A DNA stretch of 64,000 bases from Rebecca billardiae RCC1528 (lineage: Eukaryota; Protista; Haptophyta): NCBI GenBank assembly GCA_965240325.2, contig OZ251226.1, positions 1,302,001 to 1,366,000 of the forward strand. Direction: 5' to 3'. Position 1 is the first letter of the stretch; each line of letters begins with the position of its first letter. This document shows, piece after piece, positions 33,643 through 44,100 of this stretch. Under the pieces are notes generated by a model. It was given only the letters and a program-made list of their open reading frames with translations, was not told the origin of the DNA and made no database searches. The translations under genes were made by a program, and so were the position numbers.

Positions 33643-34932
33643 ATGGCGGACAACACAACAGCGCCTACCGCGGCCGCGGTCGCGGCGGCGGCCGCGGCGG
33701 CGTCGGCGGAGCCGCTCTCCGCGGCCGCCATCGCCGCCGCCGCCGCCGCGCCCGCCGCCGCGCCCACGGAGATGCCCAAGATCGAGGAGCGCCCGCAGGT
33801 CGAGGTCGTCGAGCTGGACGGGCTCGTGCTGCTCAAGATCATCCGCCACTGCAAGGAGAGCCTACCCTCCTTCGTGACGGGGCAGCTGCTCGGCCTGGAC
33901 ATCGGGCGCGCGCTCGAGGTGACCAACTGCTTCCCCTTCCCCTCGCGCGACGACGCGGACGTCGGCGCCACCGACACGGACGACAAGGACGGTGCGGAGT
34001 ACCAGGTGGAGATGATGCGCTGCCTGCGCAACGTGAACGTGGACAACAACACGGTGGGCTGGTACCAGTCGACGCACCTCGGCTCGTACATCACGGAGTC
34101 GTGCCTCGAGCACCAGTTCCACTACCAGGAGAACATCCGCAACTGCGTCGTCCTCATCTTCGACCCGATGCAGACGACGATCAACAACCTGCACCTCAAG
34201 GCGTTCCGCCTCACCGACGAGTTCATGAGCCTATACCGCGAGAAGCAGTTCACGCCGGCAGCGTACGCGCCGCGGGCCGTCCCGCGAGCCCTCCCGCCCG
34301 CGCCGCGGCCGCCCACCGCGCGCGTCACACCTCACGCAGCGCGCGCCGCGCCGCCCCCCCGCCGCGCCCCGCCGCCGCGCCGCGCCTCCCCCCCGCCGCG
34401 CAGGCTCGCCGCGGCCAAGGTGAGCTCGGTGAACGTGTTCCAAGAGCTGCCGATCAAGCTGCACAACTCTCAGCTGGTGATGGCGCTGCTGCTCGAGCTC
34501 GAGGAGGACGAGACCTCCGTGATCGAGGCGCAGGCCGCCTCGTTCGACATGACGGGCGGGCCGTTCCTCGAGAAGCACGTCGAGCTGCTGATCGACTGCA
34601 TGGACGAGCTCTCGAACGAGGCGTACAAGCTGCAGTTCTACGAGCGCAACGTGCAGCGGCAGAAGCTGCAGCAGCAGGCGACGCTGGCGAAGCGCAAGGC
34701 GGACGGCTCGCAGAAGACGCAGGAGGAGCTCGACGAGGAGCTCGCGAGCAACCCGGCGTTCAAGCCTATCCAGCCGCCCAACCGGCTCGAGTCGCTGCTC
34801 GTCGCCAATCAGATCAGCCACTACTGCGAGCAGGTGCACCGCTTCTCGAGCCAGAGCCTGGGCAAGCTGTACCTGATGAACCACCTCGCCGAGGACGCGG
34901 CGACCGCCGAACAACAGCACGGCAAGCAGTGA
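33643..34932 (+). CDS. EIF3H: Eukaryotic translation initiation factor 3 subunit H (MPN domain); intron 34263-34403
   Basis: ELDGLVLLKIIRHC, VTGQLLGLD, LEVTNCFPFP, YQVEMMRCLRNVNVDNNTVGWYQS, PPNRLESLL. Confidence 0.96.
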   Translation: MADNTTAPTAAAVAAAAAAASAEPLSAAAIAAAAAAPAAAPTEMPKIEERPQVEVVELDGLVLLKIIRHCKESLPSFVTGQLLGLDIGRALEVTNCFPFPSRDDADVGATDTDDKDGAEYQVEMMRCLRNVNVDNNTVGWYQSTHLGSYITESCLEHQFHYQENIRNCVVLIFDPMQTTINNLHLKAFRLTDEFMSLYREKQFTPAAYAPRAVPRALPPAPRPPTARVTPHAARAAPPPRRAPPPRRASPPPRRLAAAKVSSVNVFQELPIKLHNSQLVMALLLELEEDETSVIEAQAASFDMTGGPFLEKHVELLIDCMDELSNEAYKLQFYERNVQRQKLQQQATLAKRKADGSQKTQEELDEELASNPAFKPIQPPNRLESLLVANQISHYCEQVHRFSSQSLGKLYLMNHLAEDAATAEQQHGKQ

Positions 34933-35484
34933 GGGCTTCGCCTGGCACCGGCTCGAAACGCCGCGCCCGCGCCGTGCACGCCAGCCGACTGCAGCGCGCG
35001 AGCGGCGCGGCTTCGCGGTGCCAGCTTGCGGGTCGCACCGCTCGGCACGCTCATGGCGCCGCCACAGGTCTTGCAGCACACGCCCCGATGCCGTCTCGCC
35101 CGCGCCGTCCTGCTCCTCCTGACGGTATGTCGAATACCGTGTCGCCGGCCGTGCGGCCGTGCACTGCGATGACTCCGAGTCCGATGCGGCGGCGGCACTC
35201 CGCACGTTGGTATTGGTAACTTGCGCATATTGAGACCTACAGTAGTGGTAACATTCTTATAGGAGTACGTCATCTCTGATGACTCATATTCGTCGTAGCT
35301 AGTCCGGAATAAGCGCGCAGTCTAAGTCTTAGAGAGTCGTACTACTTAGTACTTTAACAGTTTAACCGATGTAGTAAGTAATTACAGTTACTATATATCA
35401 CATCAATCATGGACGACTCGGTTTACTTCGTCGGAATAAGCAATATACGCGACTGCTGCTACGACTGTTTATTTTTGGACGACG

Positions 35485-37122
35485 CTACCGCAGCCTCTGC
35501 GGTTCAAAATCAAGCTGATCTCGACGCCAGATGAGCCCCACCCCACCAACCACGCGTACGCCGAGGTTGCCGCGCCCCGGTGGTCTCCCGCTCGCCACGT
35601 CATCCGCCAGCGCCGACTCGTCCTGGGCTGCGGCCGTCAGCCGCGCGCGCTCGGCGACCGCGCGCGCCACCTCATCCGCAGCCTCAGGCCATGTGATGCC
35701 CAGTGTGTCCCAGTCGAAGCTCGTGCGGCAGAGGGTCGCGCTCCCGGCGAGCTGCGCATGCGCCGCACGCGCCGCGGCGCGAGCCCATCCAAAGTCGACG
35801 CCTGCACCCGCCGCCGGGCCGCGCGCGCCGGGCTGCCGCTCGCGCAGGTGGGCCATGAGCTCGAGCAGCAGGCTCGAGAACACAGCGTGCGCCTGCTGCG
35901 CCGCATCCGCGCCATCCGTATCCGCCGCCGCCGGCGGTGCCGCGCCGAGTGCCGCGCCGAGCGCCCACCGTCCGCCGTCCGTCCCGTCCAGCGCGGCTTC
36001 CTTGTGCCCTCTGAGCTCCCGCTCCCGCCCGGCGCGGATGGAGCCGTCCGCCTCGAGCAGCCTGTCCCACGGCAGCTCGCCCATGCAGATCGACGCCATC
36101 GAGTACAGCAGAGACTCCACGTCGTCGCGGTCGCACGTGCTCCGAGCCTCTGCCGGCGACTCCCGGCCGCGTGCACCGCCGTGCGCGGCCGCGGAGGCGA
36201 ATCGCGCGGTGCCGACGAGCGCGGCGTCGTCGGCCGCGGGCGCGCGCGCGCCCGAGCCCAGCGCGCACGAGCTCCCAAAGTCGACGAGGTGCACCAGCTC
36301 GCGCCGCCGCCCAAGCCGGCCCATGAGCAGGTTGTCCGGCTTCACATCATTGTGCACGAGGCCGCGCGCGCGCACGCGGCCGAGCAGGCCGAGCGCATCG
36401 TGCAGCAGCACGAGGGCGGTGCGCGGCGAGAGGCCACGGCGCGGCCCGGCGTCGGCGGTGTCAGCGCGCTGCTCGTCCGCACACGCCTCGAGCGTCGCCC
36501 AGTACAGCTCGTCCACGCTCGGGCCGAGAAGGTCAAGCACGAGGACGTCCGCGGGCTCACCGAGCACCTCGGCGCGCGCGATGAACTCGAGCGCGTGCGC
36601 GAAGCCGCGCGCGCCGCCGAGCTTGCGCATCGCTCGGTACTCCCGGTGCAGCGGCGAGTGCTCGAGCGGGCGTGCGGGCTCGCACTTGAGCGCGACCATC
36701 TCGCCCGTGTCGAGCGAGCGGCCGAGTAGCACGCGCGCCTCCGCCCCGTATCCGAGCTGCCGCACGAGAGGCGCGATGGACGCGTCGGCGGCCAGGCGGC
36801 GCATGCGCTCGAGCTCGTCGCGCACGCGCAGCTTGCGCCGCTTGAGCGCCGGAGCCTCCCACTCGGCGTTGATCTGCTCGTCGAGGCGCCTGTGCTCGGC
36901 CTCGAGCTTGGCGATCCGCTGCTCGATCGGCTGCGCGTGCTCCATGGCACCGCCGATGACGAGCGGGCTCGTGCCCTCCGGCTGGTGCCACAGCGCGCGG
37001 CCACCCGCGTACGCGGTCGGCACGACGACGTACGAGCCGCCCGCGACGTACTGCAGCGCGAGGAGGAGGAGGAGGAGGAGCGTAGGCCGTAAATTCCGGG
37101 GCTGCATGGTGCGCACGGCCAT
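35485..37122 (-). CDS. Casein kinase 1-like protein kinase with signal peptide and DUF465-like segment (start 37122 or 37107)
   Basis: LGYGAEARV, VALKCE, LVLDLLGPS, VHNDVKPDNLL, LVDFG, GTARFAS, RDDVESLLY; Leu-run at the N-terminus. Confidence 0.85.
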   Translation of the reverse strand: MAVRTMQPRNLRPTLLLLLLLALQYVAGGSYVVVPTAYAGGRALWHQPEGTSPLVIGGAMEHAQPIEQRIAKLEAEHRRLDEQINAEWEAPALKRRKLRVRDELERMRRLAADASIAPLVRQLGYGAEARVLLGRSLDTGEMVALKCEPARPLEHSPLHREYRAMRKLGGARGFAHALEFIARAEVLGEPADVLVLDLLGPSVDELYWATLEACADEQRADTADAGPRRGLSPRTALVLLHDALGLLGRVRARGLVHNDVKPDNLLMGRLGRRRELVHLVDFGSSCALGSGARAPAADDAALVGTARFASAAAHGGARGRESPAEARSTCDRDDVESLLYSMASICMGELPWDRLLEADGSIRAGRERELRGHKEAALDGTDGGRWALGAALGAAPPAAADTDGADAAQQAHAVFSSLLLELMAHLRERQPGARGPAAGAGVDFGWARAAARAAHAQLAGSATLCRTSFDWDTLGITWPEAADEVARAVAERARLTAAAQDESALADDVASGRPPGRGNLGVRVVGGVGLIWRRDQLDFEPQRLR

Positions 37123-37460
37123 CCTGAGGAAGCAGTAATTTGGTCCGGGGAGGCAGTGTGGTGCAATTCTGAGAGGTTCTGCCAATCTTCAACGAGCAGG
37201 ACGACGAAATCGCCAAGAAGAAATCGGTGTAAGCCAATAGAGCTCAAAGCTGAAAGTGCGACTCGAAGCAGCCAACCAGAGGCCGAGGATCGAGGAAAAG
37301 GACCACGTCTCTGTGCTTCCGCTGCGAACGGGCGCGCTGTCGTCCCGGACAACGAGACCAAGCGCCCGTCCGTCGGCGGTCCAACCCCCGACGCGTCACC
37401 GACACCGCCGCCGCACGGCACTCCTCTTCCCGACCGGCAATCATGTGGCAGGACGTCGCT

Positions 37461-38573
37461 ATGGGCGCCGAGATCGATGTCGACACGAGCGCCGCCAAGG
37501 AGGCCGACGCGCAGCGCTCGACGGAGTACGTCACCATCGCCGTCACCGGCGCGGCCGGCCAGATTGCGTACGCGATGCTGCCGCGACTTCTGTCGGGCAC
37601 CATCTTTGGCAACAAGATGATCAAGTTCCGGCTGATGAACCCGTCGCAGGACAAGCTGGCGGGCGTGGTGTACGAGCTCGAGGACCTCGCCTCCGAGCGC
37701 CTCTCGAGCATCGTGTGCACCAGCGATCCACGCGTCGCCTTCGAGGGCGCTGACGTTGCCATCCTGCTCGGCGCGATGCCGCGCAAGCCCGGCATGGAGC
37801 GCGCCGACCTCCTCGCGCGCAACTCGAGCATCTTCGCCGAGCAGGGGCGCGCCCTCGGCGAGGTGGGCAAGCCCACTTGCAAGGTCCTCGTCGTCGGCAA
37901 CCCCGCCAACACCAACGCGGCCATCCTCGCGCAGCACGCCGCGCCGCGCATTCCGGCATCCAACATCTCGGCCCTCACGCGCCTCGACCAGAACAGGCTC
38001 AAGGCGCAGCTCGCGCGGCGGTGCGAGGCGGAGTGCAACATGATCCGCCGCGCCGTGATCTGGGGCAACCACTCCTCCACCCAGTTCCCCGACGTCTCGC
38101 GCGTGACCGTGCGCGGCCAGCCGCTCGACCTCGAGCTCGCCGACTCGGCGTTCGCCCTGTGGGAGGAGGACGAGGCGGAGGAGGCGCCGATCGGGCAGTG
38201 GGCGCGTGGCGAGCTGGTGACGACGGTGCAGCAGCGCGGCGCGGCGGTGCTCAAGCTGCGCAAGATGTCCTCCGCCATGTCCGCCGCCTCCGCGTGCATC
38301 GACCACCTGCACGACCTCTTCAAGGGCTCGGAGGACTGGGTCTCGATGGCGGTGCCGTCCGAGGGCGAGTACAACGTGCCGCGCGGCATCTGGTTCTCGT
38401 TCCCGTGCGTGTGCACGGGCGACGGCAAGTACGAGATCGTGAAGGACCTGACGCACGACGAGTTTGCCCAGGCGAAGATGACGCGCACCGCCGATGAGCT
38501 CGTCTCCGAGCTCAAGGAGGCGACGAAAGCGCTGTTGACATCGACGCCGGCGCCGCGGGTGGCGGGCTCGTGA
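37461..38573 (+). CDS. MDH1: Malate dehydrogenase, cytosolic/MDH1-type family (alternative ATG at 37443)
   Basis: VTGAAGQIAY, GAMPRKPGMERADLL, VLVVGNPANTNA, LTRLDQNR, IWGNHSSTQFPD, VQQRGAAV, SSAMSAA. Confidence 0.93.
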   Translation: MGAEIDVDTSAAKEADAQRSTEYVTIAVTGAAGQIAYAMLPRLLSGTIFGNKMIKFRLMNPSQDKLAGVVYELEDLASERLSSIVCTSDPRVAFEGADVAILLGAMPRKPGMERADLLARNSSIFAEQGRALGEVGKPTCKVLVVGNPANTNAAILAQHAAPRIPASNISALTRLDQNRLKAQLARRCEAECNMIRRAVIWGNHSSTQFPDVSRVTVRGQPLDLELADSAFALWEEDEAEEAPIGQWARGELVTTVQQRGAAVLKLRKMSSAMSAASACIDHLHDLFKGSEDWVSMAVPSEGEYNVPRGIWFSFPCVCTGDGKYEIVKDLTHDEFAQAKMTRTADELVSELKEATKALLTSTPAPRVAGS

Positions 38574-39630
38574 GCGGCAACGCTGCACGCGCGCGCCTCG
38601 TGGCGGCAGCCCTGCCGCCGCGTGGGCCTGGTGGCCGCGGACCGTGGTGCCGGCGGCTACGAGTCCGCGCGGAAGCGCACGCGATGGCGATGGCGATGCC
38701 TTGTCCCCAGCCCACTTCACACGCCAGGCGAAGCTCATCTCATGCCTCGAGCTCAGACCGTGCACGTTCGGTGACTCGGCCTAACTCCGTAGTCCGTAAC
38801 TCGGTCTCGGGCCAGCCAGATGACTGGCAGTGGCACAGCTCGAGTACTGCTGGACATCTGCAGTTTGTGCTGGCTAGTCAAGTCGTCAGATGGAGCTCGG
38901 GCAACTGTCTGAATAATAAAGGCGCACTCGGCCACTGAGGCCCACTGGCCGCACTGTTAGCTTGATTAATGTTACATTATTTTGAGTAAAATAACGACTG
39001 CTAGTACTTAGTAGCTTTTACTAAAGCTACAATCGACCCTGCGACCCAGGAATTCACTGCTGGTTCTGCAGGAGGACCGGACACAGTGCCCGTCTTTGGC
39101 AGGCGTCAACCGAAGCCAAAGCCTACAGGTGTCCGGATCGCTCCCGGGCTGTGCGGAAACCTGAGTCGTAAGTGACGCGGTAATTACGGCATAGTTATAG
39201 TAGTAAGCTAGTATAAAAATAGCGTCTGATGAACCTATCTTAATTGGGAGGTGGTCTGACTCTGATGCGAGGGCATTTCTTGTTGAACTTGAAGTCATCA
39301 ATTGGGGGTCGGACTCGTCGGAACGGTCTGACGGACTCGGCTGCATCACTGGTCCGCTTGGATGACTTCGGCTCAGGGCCAAGACGAGCTTAGGGGGGTC
39401 AACCGGAGCTGGAGCCTCGGGCAAAGCAGCAGTAGCTTAGCTAGTACGGTAGCCGAGTTACTGTGGCGCGCCGTCGAGGCGGCTACGGCCGGTAACGGCC
39501 GCAGCGGCCGCAGCCGTCGACCTCGTCCAGGGCCAGGCCTCGCAGGCAGACGGCTGATGAACGAATAATCTTTCGGTGCTGACGGCGCTACCGCATCGGC
39601 GACGGCTTCATTCATGGGCAGTGACAGTTG

Positions 39631-39670
39631 GCGGGCGTCAATCTCGCCTGCCTGAGCTGTGTGCGTCTCT
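39631..39670 (+). repeat. 40-bp dispersed repeat, second copy at 47938-47977
   Basis: GCGGGCGTCAATCTCGCCTGCCTGAGCTGTGTGCGTCTCT in two intergenic regions. Confidence 0.85.
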
Positions 39671-39832
39671 GATATTCGTCTGCTTATAAATAGTAAACGA
39701 TAGCTATACTGTACGTGGTAGTGACCATTAAGCCGCCAGCAGTACGTACGTACCCGGTACTGCTCATCCTCAGTCGGACAGTGATGCTGCAGCGGCGGCG
39801 CAGTGCGCCACTGCCAGCTAAGCAGCAATAAT

Positions 39833-40054
39833 GGCCCGCGGTGCAGGGCGGAACGCGCAGCGTGGAGCCTGCGACGCGGGCACTAACCACGTTTCAAAAA
39901 TATCTCATTATGGCCCGCGGTGCAGGGCGGAGCGCGCAGCGTGGAGCCCGCACCAGCGGGCCCGAACAACGTTTCAAAAAGATCTTTGATCAAGAAAAAA
40001 GGGACGGGGGACGATTTTCATGGCTGGAGGAGACCGAGTTTCGAATTTTGAGAC
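39833..40054 (+). repeat. Two tandem hairpin units plus tail, homologous to 3275-3422 (element terminus)
   Basis: GGCCCGCGGTGCAGGGCGGA.CGCGCAGCGTGGAGCC at 39833 and 39912; ~86-bp tail matches 3337-3422. Confidence 0.9.
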
Positions 40055-41163
40055 TCCCTTACAGGTGCATTAGCGTCGAAAAAGGTCGCGCCCACGCAAG
40101 TTCATAGTAAAGCGTGGAGTGACGCCCGTCCAAAAAACTTCACGCCCTTTAGGATCCCTAACGTAACGAGCCGTTACAAGCGAATTTTTCGGCCAATGAT
40201 ATTCAAGGAGCGACGACGTTTGATGATCAAATGTATGCCAATTACTGCTGTCGTATAGTAGGTTCTGGCTTCGGTTGACCCCTGCCAGAGACGAGCACTG
40301 TGAGCTCCTTCATGAAGACACTCGTGAAAACTGCACAGGAGGACCTCAATGGATGCCATAGTGGATAATGGATGCCTAGATGATGACTTCAGAGTTCAGA
40401 GCGATATTGGGCCAACAAGCACTTCCTGGTCTATAGTTCAGACTACTCTATTTTATAATTTATTTACTATATGCATTTACGACCCATTTCAGACTCTGGT
40501 CAGAACACGGTCCGGGAGCGATCCGGATGGCACCCGTAGCTATTGGAAATATGTCATCAGGCTGGGTGAATAGCTATGAAAATAGAGTCTGAATAAGTAA
40601 CATGAAAATCATCACAAATAGCTGATTTTCACTCACCCTGGGCACTTATTGGCCAGTGTCCATAGCTAGCAACCCCACTTGGGGCCCTGTGGGACACTTC
40701 GGGCGTGCATTCGGCCGCAGGAATGCGATGATATATATGCGATCATTTATTTCGGCGTAGCTACGCCCGGCGGCGGTTTCTATGACCGGACTGGCAGGTG
40801 TCAACCGGCGGAGCCAGAGCCAGCAAAGTTCTCCAGGGCGGCGGTCTCTCTGAGTCGGAGAGCGTGGCTGCCGTGCGATGAACGGGATGGCGCGGCCGAA
40901 CCTACCACTGCCAGCACCGTGTCCGTGAGCACAATAAATAAATACTACTGTACTACGTACTCTGTAGTCGAATGCGCGCGCCAAGCAGACGAGCGATTAT
41001 TCTGCTACTGCTATATATATTCTGCTGCATGTGCAGCTGCTGATCAATGATGACCACTGCGCTTCTAATAAGCAGTCGAGTCGATCACTTATATATATAT
41101 ATGTGTTAATACGGATTGATGATGTCTGATGACGCTTATAGAGACGGACGTCGGAACGACGAC

Positions 41164-44100
41164 TCATCCGAGGACAATGCTGGGCTCCGCGTACTCGTTA
41201 TTGCGACTAAGCGCGGCGACAATCTCGTCGAGCACGCGAAGCCCAGCATTGTCCTCGGACGCGAGGCTGTCGATCGCCTCGCGGGTCATCTTCTCCATCT
41301 CGCGCAGCTTGGCGGCGCGCGTCTCCGCGGGTGCTGCCTGCACGGGCAGATCGAGCCGCCAGAGCAGAGTGCCTGGCATCAGGGAGGCCACGAGCGCCGC
41401 GATCTTGCCGTGCTCCACGCTGCCCGAGCTAGCCGTGCTGAGGAGCGTGTGAGCGAGGCCCAGCATGGACGTGCGGCTCTCGGCAAGCACCGAGTCGTCG
41501 CCCGAGCCAAGTGATAGCGCGAGGCGCGCCCCCTGCGCCGGCCAGAGGGCCGCCGCCTCGCGCAGGCCGACGAGCGTGGGGTTTGGCGTGGACATGGAGC
41601 CGGTCAGGTACGCCGACCCGCTCGCCTTGGTCACCGGCGGGAACCAGCCCGGGTGGGAGACGCACGCGACCACTACGTCCTCCACGCTGAGCGCGCCGTC
41701 AACGTTGGCCGGCAGCCCGGCGCCGCGCGCGTCGCCGAGCGCGTACGTGCGCAGCATCGCCGGCTGCAGGAAGCGGTCGACAAACTGCTTCGCGCTCGCG
41801 CGCGTGACCACGATGGCCGCGTGCGGCGCACCCGGCGGCGGCGTGCCGAGCGCGCCGGCGCCGCCGAGCAGCTCCGTAAAGGCGCGCGCGAACTTGCCCG
41901 CGCCGACCGCCGTGCCCCTATACCCGGTGCGCAGCAGGTGGCTCGTGCTCCTGAGCTCGCGCAGGAGGGTGTCGGTGAGAAGCGCCACGAGCTGGCGGCA
42001 GCGCTGGAGCGCGAGCGAGCGCACGCCCGCGGGCAGCGGCCCGTCCTCCGGCGCGGTGCCGCTGAGCACCATGGCCACGAGCGCGCCGAGCCCCGAGCCG
42101 ACGGCGATGTCGAACAGCCTGCCCACGGGCACGCGCGCGCGCTCCTCCAGCGCCTCGAGGCAGACGACGACGTTGAGCACGCGCGAGCCCACGCCCTCGA
42201 GTGCGAGCACGCGCGCGCCGGAGGTGCGCTGGGGCTCTGCGTGCCGGCTGCTGGCGTCGGCGTGCGTTGGAGGAATCGTCAGCTGTGGTGCGCTGCCAAT
42301 GAACGAGCCAGTGAAGCGGCGCACGAGTGCGCGGCGCTTTTTGAGCTCGTCGTCGCTGCCCCGGCTGCTGCCGCTGGAGCTCGCCGGAGTGAACAGGCGG
42401 CGCACGGTCACGGTCACCTCGGAGCGCGCGCCAGCCTCAGCAAAGATGAGAAGGCCCGCGCGCAGGAGCAGCGTGCCGAGCCACGCCGTGATCAGCGCTG
42501 CTGCGCCGAGCGAGTCAAGCGGCGTGCCGCGCTGCGCCGCGAGCACGGCCACGCCCATGCCGAGCGCGAGCCCGTCGAAGGTGACTCGCAGCGCGCGCAT
42601 CAGGTGGCGCATCAGCTTGGGCTCATCGAGCAGCCCCAGCAGCAGGTGGACGCAGAGGCTCAGGCTCACCACCGCCACCTCGGCGAGCGCAAACCTATGG
42701 ATGGTCTCGACGTCGAGGCAGCGCGCGCCCGTGCACGGCGCGTTCAGCGCGAGCAGCTGCGCGACCACCGGCACCGCCAGCACCCACGCGTTGTACGCCG
42801 TTCCCATGAGCGCCAACGGCACCGCCAGGCGCTCAGCAAAAAGCACAACGCGCGCGCGGAGCCGGCCCATCGCGTGCTGCCTCCGCTGGGCCTTGCGGGC
42901 GGGGATGCACGCGCACGCCACGCGGCGGGCCCAGTCCAGCGCGGGGGCGGCGAGCGCATAGCACGCCCAGAGGAACGTGCAGACGTACAGCACCCAGCGC
43001 AGATACCACAGCGCCAGCGCATCAGCGCGCGCCAGCACGACGCCCGGCCGGCGCGCGATCGTGGCCGCGTCCGCCGTCCCAGCGCGTGCGAGCATGAGGA
43101 GCTCAGAGCGCGCGGCGAGCATGTTGGCGACGCCGACCGCGATAGCTAGCACCTCTGTGCGCGCGCTCGCGCCTGCGTGGGTGAGCGGCTGCGCCTTGAG
43201 GGTCGGCAGAGTCGACATCAGCCTGAGGGTCGAGCACGCGGACGCACACAGCCCGACGCCCGCGGCCAGCATGTGCGCGCTGAACACGGCGGCGTGCGCG
43301 GCCGCGCTCACGTCGAGGAGCGAGGCTTGGCCGCGCGAGAGGCGCGCGAGCACGACGCCCATCTGCGCGCACCACGCGCTCAGCAGCACGACCGCGAGGA
43401 TCACCGGCCGAGCGAGGCTCAGCACCGAGACGGGGACGCTCATCGCCGCCGCCTCGCCCGCCTCGGCGCGCGCGCGCCGCAGCATACGCGCGTGCGGGCT
43501 CAGGAAGAGGGTGTGCCCGCCGCCGCCCCGCGCGCGCTGCAGCAGCCGGCTTAGTTGCGCGCGCAGGCGTGAGAGCGCGGGGGGCTTCTTGGCCTGCTTC
43601 TGAGCCGCCCAGCCTCCGGCAAGCCGCTTGGCCATGAGCGCTTGCCCCACGGTGTTGCCCATCGCCGTGAGCGAGCGCCTTCGTGCGAGGAACACCTGTG
43701 ATGGCGCGGGCGGCGGTGCCTTGCCCGGAGGGCCAGCCGGGGGCGGCGTGGCGGCGCCGCCGCCGAGCGCCTCGATCACGCTGTCCAGCGCGTTCCCGTG
43801 CGTCTGCAGGTAGCGCGAGCACTTGTCGCGCATCTCCTGCAGCACCCCGGGGGTGCGCTCGTCGATCGCGTAGTCGCCGGTCGGCGGGTTGATGCGAAAG
43901 TATTGCATGCGGCCGTGCACGCTGTCGGGGCGCGCCGCTTGCAGCATGCCGAGCACGCCGTCGTGCGTCTCCTCCGACGAGACGGCGCGTGCCATCAGGT
44001 GCATGGTGTACGTCATCGCTGAGTCGAGCCGGCTCGAGGCGAGCCGGCTGCACTTGCCGCAGCCGACGGACACGAGCACGCCCACTGCCCGGCCTGTGCG

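Noticed and set aside
39132-40527. 16-bp inverted repeat TCCGGATCGCTCCCGG as TIRs
   Set aside because: No TSD or other support for a discrete element.
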